DNA of 36,942 nt, from positions 1-36,942 of the IMG/VR virus record IMGVR_UViG_3300037790_000013, one strand, 5' to 3'. A model generated the notes under the pieces. That model did no database searches, was not told the DNA's origin, and saw only the letters and a program-made list of their open reading frames with translations. Numbering within the stretch: the stretch's first letter is position 1; each line of letters starts with the position of its first letter. The position numbers were made by a program, and so were the translations under genes. Positions 1 through 9,306 of the stretch are shown here, in pieces. Origin of the DNA: a virus. Its lineage: Duplodnaviria > Caudoviricetes.

Positions 1-127
1 GCGCAGGGCATTAAGGCTGCTCTGTGGGCTATATTCCAGAGGCTGGCGGGCAACTATAAGAACGCCCAAAACAAATGAAACTGTTTACAGTAATATTCGA
101 AGTATTAAGCAAGATTCTTGGCCTAGT
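1..127. repeat. Terminal overlap identical to 36816..36942 (circular contig)
   Basis: Exact 127-bp direct repeat at both ends. The holin and spanin ORFs read through the junction. 127 is a common de Bruijn k-mer size. Confidence 0.95.
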
Positions 128-287
128 TGAGAAAAAACAACGCCGACAGGAGAAAGAAGATGCGCAAAAAGAAAACGATAGGATCGAAAGAGATCCTGCT
201 GGCTGGTTTATTGATGAGTTTAACGGCGTGCGGGACGCTTCCGAATTGTCCGACGATGCCGAATCAACCAGTCAAACCAAGCATTAA
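75..287 (+). CDS. Putative inner-membrane spanin (Rz-like)
   Basis: Follows the holin by ATGA overlap. N-terminal hydrophobic/amphipathic helix, then a charged helix. Overlaps a lipoprotein ORF in another frame. Confidence 0.55.
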   Translation: MKLFTVIFEVLSKILGLVEKKQRRQEKEDAQKENDRIERDPAGWFIDEFNGVRDASELSDDAESTSQTKH

Positions 288-390
288 ATCCCTCGAAAAA
301 ACTCCCTCAGGCGGCATGTGTATACATGACCGTGATGACGTGGATAAATTCGCTAAATACATCAAATCACTTCAAAGAGGTTATCAATGA
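160..390 (+). CDS. Outer-membrane spanin lipoprotein (Rz1-like)
   Basis: AGGAG RBS at 148-152 and ATG at 160. Signal MRKKK...ILLAGLLMSLTA|C has a lipobox. Pro-rich segment and additional Cys. Overlaps the Rz-like gene. Confidence 0.75.
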   Translation: MRKKKTIGSKEILLAGLLMSLTACGTLPNCPTMPNQPVKPSIKSLEKTPSGGMCIHDRDDVDKFAKYIKSLQRGYQ

Positions 391-641
391 ACGATATTCG
401 CGACATGTTGCGAGAATTCGCTGATCAATTAGAAAAGCAGTATGAAGGCAAAGAAGAATCACCTGCGGCCCAATCCGCCAAGAGTTTCCGCGAGGTTCTT
501 CTCACTGCGTCTGCATCTATTGACGGACTTTGTTCCCGGGTCGCAGAACTGGAGGCTGAGAAGATCGAGCTCCAGGGTGAAGTAGAAGTTCTTAGCGGCT
601 TAGTGCCAAAAGAGCAATCGAGAATTATTGTCCCAAATTAA
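387..641 (+). CDS. Hypothetical coiled-coil protein
   Basis: GAGG RBS, ATGA coupling, heptad-like C-terminal half. Confidence 0.7.
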   Translation: MNDIRDMLREFADQLEKQYEGKEESPAAQSAKSFREVLLTASASIDGLCSRVAELEAEKIELQGEVEVLSGLVPKEQSRIIVPN

Positions 642-692
642 GGGGTATGCGATAATTCATTTAAATGTAAAGCTAATGTAAAGAGAAGTAAC

Positions 693-806
693 ATGCCAGC
701 ATCAATGTATAAGAACCGAAAGAAGACCGCTTCTAAAAAGAAGGCCGCTAAAAAGAAAGTGGCTTTTGGTGGCAATGGCCCTACTAAGGGTAAAAAGAAG
801 GGATGA
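693..806 (+). CDS. 37-aa Lys-rich peptide MPASMYKNRKKTASKKKAAKKKVAFGGNGPTKGKKKG (not in ORF track)
   Basis: Translated by hand. GAGAAG upstream. Its TGA overlaps the ATG of the next gene (ATGA at 803-806). Confidence 0.7.
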   Translation: MPASMYKNRKKTASKKKAAKKKVAFGGNGPTKGKKKG

Positions 807-1243
807 TATTGATCCTTCTCTTTTGGGCTGCGCTTGCGTACACCCTTAAGTTAAATAAGACAAGGGTGATATATGCCCTTGTCTTTGCCGTGCTTGGCAC
901 CTGTCATTTTATTGCTGTAGATGCAATTAATGACGCCTCTTACTTCATGCTTTCAGCTTCATTTGATCTGGCTGCTATTGTTTTGCTTTCACTAATTAAG
1001 CGGGATAACGCTCTTAGGCTAGATTTATGCATACTTTCCATGGCTTCGGTATTGACAAACGGTGTAGGAGCAATTCTATTCCTGTCAAATATGGAGGCAA
1101 TGTCATATAATCTGTTATCAGGATTAATAATTCTAATGCAGTTAGCGAGATTATTGGCGGTTTGGGATGGCAGAGACGATAACCATACTACAGATAGTAC
1201 AGATAGCCGCGTGGTTTATTCTGGCTTTAGTGGTTGGTTTTAG
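803..1243 (+). CDS. Multi-pass membrane protein
   Basis: About 5 hydrophobic segments; lies in the lysis-associated region. Confidence 0.75.
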   Translation: MILILLFWAALAYTLKLNKTRVIYALVFAVLGTCHFIAVDAINDASYFMLSASFDLAAIVLLSLIKRDNALRLDLCILSMASVLTNGVGAILFLSNMEAMSYNLLSGLIILMQLARLLAVWDGRDDNHTTDSTDSRVVYSGFSGWF

Positions 1244-1263
1244 ATTTTCCTTAAAGGTTTGGC

Positions 1264-1548
1264 ATGAATATAGAAGCGATAAAGCACCAGGCGATAGAAG
1301 CAGCAACAAGCGTCAAAGCTGGTAGTGCAACAGTAGGAGTTACTACATTTGCAGGCATAGATCTAAAGTTCTGGAATGTGCTTCCTTCCATCCTGTCAGC
1401 CGGTGCCACCGTCCTAGGTATTATCCTTACTATCTTTATGATTTATTCGCACATTAGAAAGATTAAAGAAGAAGGCCAAGACAGAAAGAATAAGCAAGAA
1501 AAGCATGATCTTGAAATAGAGCTGCTAAAGAAAAAGCTAGAAAGCTAG
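1264..1548 (+). CDS. Holin-like small membrane protein
   Basis: 1-2 TM segments followed by a highly charged C-terminal tail. Confidence 0.5.
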   Translation: MNIEAIKHQAIEAATSVKAGSATVGVTTFAGIDLKFWNVLPSILSAGATVLGIILTIFMIYSHIRKIKEEGQDRKNKQEKHDLEIELLKKKLES

Positions 1549-1738
1549 ATCTTAAAAGACTTGTGCAACATTACCGCGTGGTAAAATAGCTTTCTCTTCC
1601 ACCACGGTGCACCAGACCACCTCATAGCCCTATAGAACCAGTCAGCAGCCTCGTCCCATGTAGGCTTTGTTATCTTGGTTGAGTTCTCTCATAATAAAAG
1701 CGCGTGCCCTTAGTGACAACAAATATATCCCTATTCTT

Positions 1739-1764
1739 AGCGGACGGCGCAAAGCTCATCCGCT
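1739..1764. terminator. Hairpin in the convergence zone of the two arms
   Basis: AGCGGA...TCCGCT stem between convergent genes; no strong U-tract. Confidence 0.35.
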
Positions 1765-1785
1765 CTATAAATCCGTTTAACTGCC

Positions 1786-2985
1786 TCACACTACAGCGCC
1801 TATTCCTGTGTCTGCTGCTGTGGTTACATCTATCACGGTTAGATCGGCACCGCCAGTTGCAACAGTAACTTCCATGACAATGCTTTGCCCTTTAACTACA
1901 GGTACGTTCAGTGTCACGTTTCCACTAGTGTTACCTAAAGAGGCAACAATGGTGTTTGTGTAAGTATTCGTCGCCGTGGTTTGAACAGCGTTGCTAGTGG
2001 TGAATCTAAATGTAACAGTGCCCGTTAACTGAGGTGTAAACTTTTCAGAGTAGCTGTCACTAGGCGTAATGCTTTTATTTATGCCCGACCAGTGTCTAAC
2101 AGTGTTACCAGCAGTAGGAGCAGGAAATTTGCCAGACTGAATGGTGTTATTGGCAATGTCTCCATTAACGATTGATAGTGACCCATATTTGCCAGCAGGT
2201 ATACTTGCGCTTAGTATCTTTGTGCCATTTAAGGTATTAGTAGTTACCTTGCTACCATTTAGCGTGTCGTCTTGGATCTTATTGCCGTTAACAGTGTTAG
2301 GCTGTGCAGTTACAACACTGGGGATAATTACCCATTGGTTGCCAGTTCCATCATAGTAAGCCTCAACTGCTCTATTAGCTATCACCTCGCCGCCAACTAG
2401 AGCTGCACCGCCTTCGCTAACTAAAGGCCTTACACCCAAGTTATTAAGATTTAACGTACTGGCGCCGGTATTAGATGCTGCCGCGGTAAAGAATATGCGC
2501 ATACGGTTAGCAAGCGCAGCAGGAGCTGTCTGGCCAGCGATAACGTTAGGTGCATACGCATTAGCAATACCTGCATCAATGAAGCTAGCACCTGTAGTGG
2601 CAGCTGATTGGCTAGTATTGTTAATTAGCGTAACTAAGTCATTGTACCCAGGCAGCTCTGTAATATTAGGAAGAACCAATGATGAGTCTTGCACAAAGTA
2701 GAGCTGCTGACCCCCAGCATCTTGAATTAAAAGGCTATACTGTCCGTCTACGATTATCTGTACAGGCTGGTTATTGTGTACGGGGATGCCGCCAGCGTTA
2801 GTCCTTACTGGCTGAGCCACCGTTGTAGTGGTTCCATCACCCTGTCTAACCTGGATAGGCTTCTGGTTTGCAGGCACAGAAGGATCTTGACCCACATTGC
2901 CAACATATATTTGCGCGCCACTTACTGGATTTCCTTCTACTAAAAGTGGTACGTACTCATATGGAAAAGTAACATTATTGGCCAT
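1786..2985 (-). CDS. Tail spike/fibre with a P22-type head-binding N-terminal domain
   Basis: Start re-called to ATG 2985 (GAGGAAA RBS). N-terminus has GxIYVGxxxxDP...QPVRTNAGG...GQYSLLIQD, as in tailspike head-binding domains. About 10-aa NGxKI repeats. Last gene of the morphogenesis arm. Confidence 0.8.
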   Translation of the reverse strand: MANNVTFPYEYVPLLVEGNPVSGAQIYVGNVGQDPSVPANQKPIQVRQGDGTTTTVAQPVRTNAGGIPVHNNQPVQIIVDGQYSLLIQDAGGQQLYFVQDSSLVLPNITELPGYNDLVTLINNTSQSAATTGASFIDAGIANAYAPNVIAGQTAPAALANRMRIFFTAAASNTGASTLNLNNLGVRPLVSEGGAALVGGEVIANRAVEAYYDGTGNQWVIIPSVVTAQPNTVNGNKIQDDTLNGSKVTTNTLNGTKILSASIPAGKYGSLSIVNGDIANNTIQSGKFPAPTAGNTVRHWSGINKSITPSDSYSEKFTPQLTGTVTFRFTTSNAVQTTATNTYTNTIVASLGNTSGNVTLNVPVVKGQSIVMEVTVATGGADLTVIDVTTAADTGIGAVV

Positions 2986-5113
2986 TATTGGTTTCCTCAT
3001 CTCTAGTTTCAGGAACCAATTGCGCAATGCCTAAAACTTTGTATAAATTTGGTAGTTGTGCTTGTACTGAGTCAAGTCGCTTAATAGCTAGCTTGCTTCG
3101 TGATGGATCTGGGCTTAAAGCGTCTTCAATCACTCTTGCTTGCGCGCCTCTTTCAACAATATCTTTAACAGTGCCCAATGAGCCACGAATTAGATTTATA
3201 TTTCCAAGCTGAGACAGTCCAACAGTTTTATCAATAACGTCAAGTATTACAGAGCCAGAGCCTTTAGGTATTTCAAACCCACTAGGCGTAATATCATCAA
3301 GCGTCTTGCCAATGTTATTTAGAGCCAATATTCCGTCAGGATTATCCCTAAAAATACGTTTTATTTTGTCGTCGCCTATTCTGTTTTTAGCTCGGTCAAA
3401 GCCAGCGCGAGAAACTAACTGTTGTCCGTCAATTGTCCTAGACTTTGCACTGAAAGCGCCATCCAAAACATCAGCAACAACCTTTGCCTGGAATAATGAC
3501 TTTGCTCTGCGACCTTTGTCGCCAGCCTTATCAAATATCTCCATTACTCTGTCCAAGTTTTCAATAGGCTTGTTAGCAGATGCTACTTCATTAAACACCT
3601 TTGAGACTTCAACTTGAGGCGTGAAGCCATCAGACTTGGCGTTAATGATTTTCCCAGCAATAGCATTAGGGCTAAATTTTGTCTTTATCTCTCTAACTGT
3701 TTTCCGCGCTTCTTTAAGTCCTGCAATTCTGCCTTCATCAAAACCCGCCTGCTCTAAAGCCTCACCAACGAAATCAACCTCGCCATCTAAAGCATTCTTA
3801 ATGGGAATAATGTAAGGCTTTGCTCTAGGGGCATCAATAGCATTAAGAGCCTGTCTAAACTCGTCATGATTACCAACATTAAGCGGCTTAATCTTATTTG
3901 GATTGCCTCGACGGTCTTTGCCTTTTAAATATTCTTGAACAAGCTCTGGCGTGTCAATTACGCCAAACTCTACTAGCAAATCATCAACCTCTTTAATAGC
4001 GGGAGCGCCATCACCCCTGGCCAATCTATTTAAAGTATCGTCGTCAGGTAAAGCTCCTCTAATCTGATCTGTATCCAGTGGAATATCTGAAATGTCAGAC
4101 GACTGCTCTGCAAACTCTGTGTAAAGCTGGCCTTTCTTTGACAAAAGGCGAGACTTCTCACCCGCAATAACTTCTTTGGCAGCCTCGCCGGCGGCGGCAG
4201 TCAAGTCATCCGCAACAATGTCACCTGCAAATTGATCACGTAAAGACTCTAGATTTCTGCGAAGTCCTTCGCTTTGCTCTATCCGTGTTCGCGCCAGACC
4301 TTCTCGACCTTCTGCGCCAGGAACCTCAAGAACCCTAGCTTCAGCACCTTTTTGGGCCGACTGCTGGGTTATATCGCCCTGAGTGGCTGGGATACCTTGC
4401 TCCTGGAATCGCTGCAAACGCTCTTGAGCGCTCTTTGTGACTTCTTGCTGAATGGCTGATACGTCAGCATCACTTAAGTCATCAATATTTATGTCTTGCT
4501 CTGCAAGTTTTTCTGCCACATCGTCAGTGATGCCAGTGACCTGCTTTGAACCTCTGGCGGTTCTCAGCCCCCTTAGACCAAGCGCTTCTAGTGCAGCAAA
4601 CGGCAATGTATGTACTGCCGTGGCCACTCCCGGCCCCGCTACTTCTGCAATGGGATCAGTAACAGTCCTTATACCCTCTTCTGCCGCCTCTGCTATAGGT
4701 TGAACCAATTCACCCGCCGCACCTAAAGTCCTCTGGCCTCGCCTTGTAACAGGATCAAAGGTCAAAAGGTCACGTGTTTGCTCAACAACACTTGCACCAG
4801 TATCAGGAGTAAACGGAGCAGCAGCAAGACCAGCAAGACCAGCAATAGGCTCAGCAATAGCGCCAGTAGCAAAAGTCAAAGCAGGCTCAAAAGCACCAAA
4901 TGTTTCATCTAGCGCTTCCTTGGCAAAATCTACAGCTTTGCTACCAAAAGTTTGCTCTTGAGGCTGTGGAGCAGGCGCCGTAGGAGTTGGAGCGGGTTGC
5001 CCAGGAATAGTGATCAGTCCGCGTCTTACAGCTTCGTCAAACTTAGCCTTTCTATCGCCCTTAAGTAATCCGCGTCTATTTGCTTCAATTAATTTTTCTT
5101 GCGTAGTCGCCAT
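2975..5113 (-). CDS. DNA ejection/transfer protein (P22 gp16 position)
   Basis: 712 aa, helical, third of three ejection-type genes; N-terminal EAVRRGLI motif. Confidence 0.7.
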   Translation of the reverse strand: MATTQEKLIEANRRGLLKGDRKAKFDEAVRRGLITIPGQPAPTPTAPAPQPQEQTFGSKAVDFAKEALDETFGAFEPALTFATGAIAEPIAGLAGLAAAPFTPDTGASVVEQTRDLLTFDPVTRRGQRTLGAAGELVQPIAEAAEEGIRTVTDPIAEVAGPGVATAVHTLPFAALEALGLRGLRTARGSKQVTGITDDVAEKLAEQDINIDDLSDADVSAIQQEVTKSAQERLQRFQEQGIPATQGDITQQSAQKGAEARVLEVPGAEGREGLARTRIEQSEGLRRNLESLRDQFAGDIVADDLTAAAGEAAKEVIAGEKSRLLSKKGQLYTEFAEQSSDISDIPLDTDQIRGALPDDDTLNRLARGDGAPAIKEVDDLLVEFGVIDTPELVQEYLKGKDRRGNPNKIKPLNVGNHDEFRQALNAIDAPRAKPYIIPIKNALDGEVDFVGEALEQAGFDEGRIAGLKEARKTVREIKTKFSPNAIAGKIINAKSDGFTPQVEVSKVFNEVASANKPIENLDRVMEIFDKAGDKGRRAKSLFQAKVVADVLDGAFSAKSRTIDGQQLVSRAGFDRAKNRIGDDKIKRIFRDNPDGILALNNIGKTLDDITPSGFEIPKGSGSVILDVIDKTVGLSQLGNINLIRGSLGTVKDIVERGAQARVIEDALSPDPSRSKLAIKRLDSVQAQLPNLYKVLGIAQLVPETRDEETNNGQ

Positions 5114-6261
5114 TATAACCCCAAGTCTTTAAGCAAATCTTCATCAGACAAATCCGTTAACTCAGCTCCATTCTCATCAAAAGCGGCTGATTTTATTTGT
5201 GTATGTTGCTTGAATAGTTCAGGCGACTGCTTTTTCTTTCTTGCTAAATTAACTTTGAGTTTTTTCTCGATTGCCATTAGTCGCTTTTCAAATTGCTTAT
5301 CGCTAAGCCCCGTATCTAGACCAGACTCAACATCCCTTAAAAGCTTTATATCGCTATCACTTAGAACGCCTGGGATTTGCTCAGTAGCCTGCAAAGCTAA
5401 TCCTCCAGCAAAGTTTCTAAGCCTGGACTCAAAGTCGGCAGCCTCAGATCCTGGAAGCGTTGGGAAAGCAGAACCAATACCAGTCGCTCTTTTCCTTCCA
5501 GGGTGCGCCATAAGCTCATCAACTGCGCCTATCTGTTCTTCAAGAGACGCAAAAGCGGCCAACTCTCGACCTTCTGTAACCTTTAGCTTTTGCTTGGCGG
5601 CATCTAAATCTGCCTGCTGCTTGTCGCGCTTTAAGGCTATCTCTTCAGCCTTGGTTGGGTCTGTATGAGTGGAGACTATCTGAGCAGTTGCACTGTCGAC
5701 AACACTGAATCCGCTAGGTGTGTTTGCAATTTTAAACCTACCTAATTCAAGATCATCGGCAGGAGGAGCAAACAATTGATTTAATTGGTCTGCGCCTAAC
5801 TGCCCAGCGCCACCTAATGCGGCACCAGCCGTTAATAGCTCGTTCTGTGCTGCTTGGGGATCTGTCTGCAATAAGCTAAGTATTTGCTGCGAATCACTGG
5901 CGTCACGCCCTTGTGACTGTAGCTGCTGTATGCGCTGTTGCGTTAATTGCTGAGCAAGAGGAATATTGCCGCCTCGAATAGCCTGCACAGCGGGTAGCAA
6001 GTAGTTAGCAGCTTCTCTTCCTTGTAGCTGATTTACAACACCAATCCCTTGTAAGCCTTGCGAGGCTAACTGAGGTGATTTAAGCAAAGCAGATTGTAAG
6101 GCGCCAAAGTCAGGCGTTCCCGTTTGCAGGCTTTGTGAATAAGTATCTAGAAGCTGTCTCGCCTCAGTGTCTCGTCCACGCTGTTCGCCAGCTTGTTGTA
6201 TTTGCGCTAACTGGCCAGCTTGACCAATTGCCGCACCTATATCTAGAAAACCGTTAGCCAT
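5113..6261 (-). CDS. DNA ejection/transfer protein (P22 gp20 position)
   Basis: Q/A/G-rich, with a GVLSDSD motif near the C-terminus; synteny. Confidence 0.7.
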   Translation of the reverse strand: MANGFLDIGAAIGQAGQLAQIQQAGEQRGRDTEARQLLDTYSQSLQTGTPDFGALQSALLKSPQLASQGLQGIGVVNQLQGREAANYLLPAVQAIRGGNIPLAQQLTQQRIQQLQSQGRDASDSQQILSLLQTDPQAAQNELLTAGAALGGAGQLGADQLNQLFAPPADDLELGRFKIANTPSGFSVVDSATAQIVSTHTDPTKAEEIALKRDKQQADLDAAKQKLKVTEGRELAAFASLEEQIGAVDELMAHPGRKRATGIGSAFPTLPGSEAADFESRLRNFAGGLALQATEQIPGVLSDSDIKLLRDVESGLDTGLSDKQFEKRLMAIEKKLKVNLARKKKQSPELFKQHTQIKSAAFDENGAELTDLSDEDLLKDLGL

Positions 6262-6894
6262 TTAGAACACCTTTATAGGGCTAAAGCCTTGTTGACCTAG
6301 TATTTGATTAGTTAGACCTACTTGTCCGAATTGCCCTAGAGCACCACCAAGTGCACCAGTTACAGCGCCTATACCTTGTGCCCGTGCAGCGCCTCCAGCT
6401 TGTGTAGCAGAAGCAATGTTACTTGATAGAGGCACAGCCGTTTGGCCAAATGTGCCAGCGCCAGTAAGGCCAGCGCCAACAAGACCACCTAAGTTAGATA
6501 ATTGCTGCTGTACAGCTTGGTTAAGCAGGTTAGGGCTTAGTTCTGCAAGTGCTCTTTGAGTATTCCCGCCACGCAAACCACCGGTAGCAGCTGCGTTAGA
6601 TAACAGTGCACGTTCAGACTCTTGTAATTGCTGCTGGAAAAAGGGGCTCGTTCGTATTTGCTCAATAGCTGCTTGCTGCGCTCCAGTGCCGCCAAGGCCA
6701 AGCAAATCAGCTTGTGCGCCAATGGCTTGCTGGCCAGGCTCAATAAATGGCCGAGTAATGTCTCGCAGTTCGCCTAATTGAGCGCGCTGCTGTTCAGCTG
6801 CTGCTGCCGCTGCTCTTTCTCGTGCGCTGGCGGCTCTACTGCCACCGATTGCGCTTATTGCCGAACCGCCTAATATCGCACCACCTAAACCCAT
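6262..6894 (-). CDS. DNA transfer protein, P22 gp7-like
   Basis: G/A/Q-rich, with NAAATGGLRGGNTQRALA typical of gp7 homologues; synteny. Confidence 0.85.
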   Translation of the reverse strand: MGLGGAILGGSAISAIGGSRAASARERAAAAAAEQQRAQLGELRDITRPFIEPGQQAIGAQADLLGLGGTGAQQAAIEQIRTSPFFQQQLQESERALLSNAAATGGLRGGNTQRALAELSPNLLNQAVQQQLSNLGGLVGAGLTGAGTFGQTAVPLSSNIASATQAGGAARAQGIGAVTGALGGALGQFGQVGLTNQILGQQGFSPIKVF

Positions 6895-6898
6895 GGAA

Positions 6899-7339
6899 TC
6901 ACCTTCTTAAGCCTAATAGCCAGCGGTCATGTAATTCGCCGTCTATTTTTATACACTGCTTTTGTAAGCCTTCTACTTCAAAGCCACATTTAACAACAAA
7001 GTTCTTAACCTGTGGATAACATGTGGGTACGTCTGTGGATATGTGGCACATATCTTGCAGGTTGTCCCATATCCAGTTTACCACACACTTAGCAAAAAGC
7101 CTGCCAAGTTTTTTATATGCACAAAGTATACCAATATGTAAGTCTATACTGCAATTTGTGCGATCAATCATGACTGCCATACCAATGGGGACAGAGTCTC
7201 TTTTTACGACTAGCCAGAGGAAGTTGGGCCAGTCAACATAAGCAGCCTCTGATTCATTAAAGTTAACCAGATCGCCGCTATTCAGAAGAGTATTAATCTC
7301 TTCGTCTGTAGCTATTTCGGCTACTAAACCGCTACCCAT
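6899..7339 (-). CDS. P22 gp14-like GNAT-fold protein (DUF2824-like)
   Basis: DLHIGIL and KCGFEVEG...IDGELHD motifs; position upstream of gp7. Confidence 0.7.
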   Translation of the reverse strand: MGSGLVAEIATDEEINTLLNSGDLVNFNESEAAYVDWPNFLWLVVKRDSVPIGMAVMIDRTNCSIDLHIGILCAYKKLGRLFAKCVVNWIWDNLQDMCHISTDVPTCYPQVKNFVVKCGFEVEGLQKQCIKIDGELHDRWLLGLRR

Positions 7340-7599
7340 CCAGTATTCACGCCAATGTTAGGGTTGAAGTATTGAGTGTTAGTCGCGGTGTCTACATACC
7401 TTTGACTGAGATTAGAGGTAACAACGCCGTTAGGGTTGCCAGTACCAGAGGGAGTACGCAGTTGTGTTTCAACAAAACCGCCCTGTAGTAACGCTTGGTT
7501 CATAGCTTCTAGCTGCAAGATATAGTTAGCAGACGCATTAGGATTTGCCTGCTCTATCTCTTCACGTGTTATTTCTTCTACTTGGAACAAGTTAGCCAT
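7324..7599 (-). CDS. Small tail protein (gp26 position)
   Basis: Between the gp10-like and gp14-like genes; GTGNPNGVV...YVDT...GW motif of tail proteins. Confidence 0.6.
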   Translation of the reverse strand: MANLFQVEEITREEIEQANPNASANYILQLEAMNQALLQGGFVETQLRTPSGTGNPNGVVTSNLSQRYVDTATNTQYFNPNIGVNTGWVAV

Positions 7600-8974
7600 T
7601 GCCTAGCACCTCCACATCCACATCTAGTCTAGCGAATGCCGCCCGGTTGCCATCAAACGTTCTAAACCGGTACGACCGATAGTGATTCACTTTGCCCTGT
7701 CGTCTAGCAATGACTCGGTGGCCGTACTGACCTCTGGCACCCAGGCTATATAACTTTTCTGGCGTATATATGAGTCCGTCAGAACTAAAAGATATACCGA
7801 TTGACTCAGGGATGGCAGAATTAGTACGACCTGGGAGCATCGTTAGCTCAAGCCGGTTAATAATGACACTATTGTTTTCAGCGTAAATAAGGTTGGTCTC
7901 GAACTGTCTTTCAACCTCAGCACCCCATTCGGTGCCTATCTCTTCTAGTGTACCGATTCGGCCATTGCCGCCAGTCCACCACTTACCGTAGGCATGAATA
8001 AAGCTCTCAGCGTCCCATGTGCGAATATGCCATGCAGGCGTCCCGAGCTGTGCAGATGCAGCCGCATCGTAAACAAGCTTTCGTCCATCAGGTAGGTTAA
8101 TCAGCAGGAAGTCATGACCGTTCTCGCGGTACTTGTCCATTGTCACGTTAGCAAGCTGTTCTTCCGTGAACTCGCTCAGGATCTCCTCAATCTCGCGTGT
8201 TGCTAGTTTTTGAGGGTTAGAGCTAAGCAGCCATACAGATACGTTCTCGTCTTCTCCGCCTCCTAAGAAAGCGTAGGTATCAAGATACTCAGTCTTAGTG
8301 TGAACTCCAACCGTTCCTTTATAAACAACAGCAGAAGGGATGCGAGCAAACACAAAACCAGTCCCGCCGACATTCCTAAAGAACTCAGTTGTAAAGCGGT
8401 TAAACGCCACAAGCTGGTTACGTGAGCGACCAACACCCCTAACGGCATCAGGGGATATTTCAGACGAGCCATAACGTATGGGGTTAACCTGGGTTTCGTC
8501 GGTAATCTCCGTCTGCACTAAGTTGTCACCATCAGTGAAGATGTAATAACCGTCAATCCAGGTAACATCAAATACAAACCCTAAATCAGGGTCGGTAATT
8601 TGGTTAATGTTATTAGACGCATCAACCAAATACCCCTGACCGTCAGCACATATTGCCGTGGTATTAAATGAGTACTCCATGGCTACGCGGCCAGCACCAG
8701 GAATAGCGCCTAAGTCTGTAGCAGCGCCAGCAGAGTCAATAAGATAAAGATTATTGCCGTTTACACGCAAGTGGCGATTACGGCGACTATCCCACACAGC
8801 GCCACGGTTAACGCCCGTTACAGTAGCTGTTTGCTGTATGCCGTGACTATAACCAAGGTAGCCTCTATTTATCCCAGTATCTTTAGGGACAGGCACCAAG
8901 TTGGTCGGGTAGCGTGTCCTGAACTCTGCCGCTGAATCTGAGTAAATGCCGGATAGAATAGGTATTTGCGCCAT
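7592..8974 (-). CDS. Tail hub / packaged DNA stabilization protein, P22 gp10-like
   Basis: MAQIPILSGIY...YPTNLVPVPK, VTWIDGYYIF, YGSSEISPD motifs; 460 aa. Confidence 0.9.
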   Translation of the reverse strand: MAQIPILSGIYSDSAAEFRTRYPTNLVPVPKDTGINRGYLGYSHGIQQTATVTGVNRGAVWDSRRNRHLRVNGNNLYLIDSAGAATDLGAIPGAGRVAMEYSFNTTAICADGQGYLVDASNNINQITDPDLGFVFDVTWIDGYYIFTDGDNLVQTEITDETQVNPIRYGSSEISPDAVRGVGRSRNQLVAFNRFTTEFFRNVGGTGFVFARIPSAVVYKGTVGVHTKTEYLDTYAFLGGGEDENVSVWLLSSNPQKLATREIEEILSEFTEEQLANVTMDKYRENGHDFLLINLPDGRKLVYDAAASAQLGTPAWHIRTWDAESFIHAYGKWWTGGNGRIGTLEEIGTEWGAEVERQFETNLIYAENNSVIINRLELTMLPGRTNSAIPESIGISFSSDGLIYTPEKLYSLGARGQYGHRVIARRQGKVNHYRSYRFRTFDGNRAAFARLDVDVEVLGNG

Positions 8975-8977
8975 GTA

Positions 8978-9250
8978 TCACCATTTTTCCTTATTAGACC
9001 AATAAGCGGCGCTCATCTTGCCCTTAGCTATATTCTTAGCGTGACGAGCCTTAAATGATTTACGTCTAGCCTTTTCGCTATCGCTTTTAGGAGACTTACC
9101 AGCGCCTTTTACGCCCTGCTGACCAAAGCGAATAAGCTTTACTTTATCGCCGTCTTTAGCCAATACGGCGTGACTTTTTGTTGGGTGTTTCGGTGTTCTC
9201 TTTGGCTTATTGTAGCCAGAGAACGTTTCACTTCCGCGTTTAATAGCCAT
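8978..9250 (-). CDS. Small basic phage protein
   Basis: K/R-rich; KLIRFGQQG, RRKSFKARH and SAAYW motifs of a family I recall from marine phages. Confidence 0.8.
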   Translation of the reverse strand: MAIKRGSETFSGYNKPKRTPKHPTKSHAVLAKDGDKVKLIRFGQQGVKGAGKSPKSDSEKARRKSFKARHAKNIAKGKMSAAYWSNKEKW

Positions 9251-9287
9251 AACTTAGCCCCGTGAATACAGGGCTATTATAGACTAT

Positions 9288-9303
9288 TGCAAGGAATGTG
9301 CCA
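9288..9303 (-). promoter_or_regulatory. sigma54 (-24/-12) promoter
   Basis: TGGCACA-TTCC-TTGCA on the minus strand, intergenic, pointing into the basic protein/gp10 tail operon. Confidence 0.7.
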
Positions 9304-9306
9304 AAA

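Noticed and set aside
2141-7241. Numerous + strand ORFs (e.g. 5099..5668, 3306..3617) opposite structural genes
   Set aside because: Antisense shadows with no RBS or recognisable motifs. The same applies to similar ORFs elsewhere, such as 12538..12840, 28114..28458 and 32864..33223.
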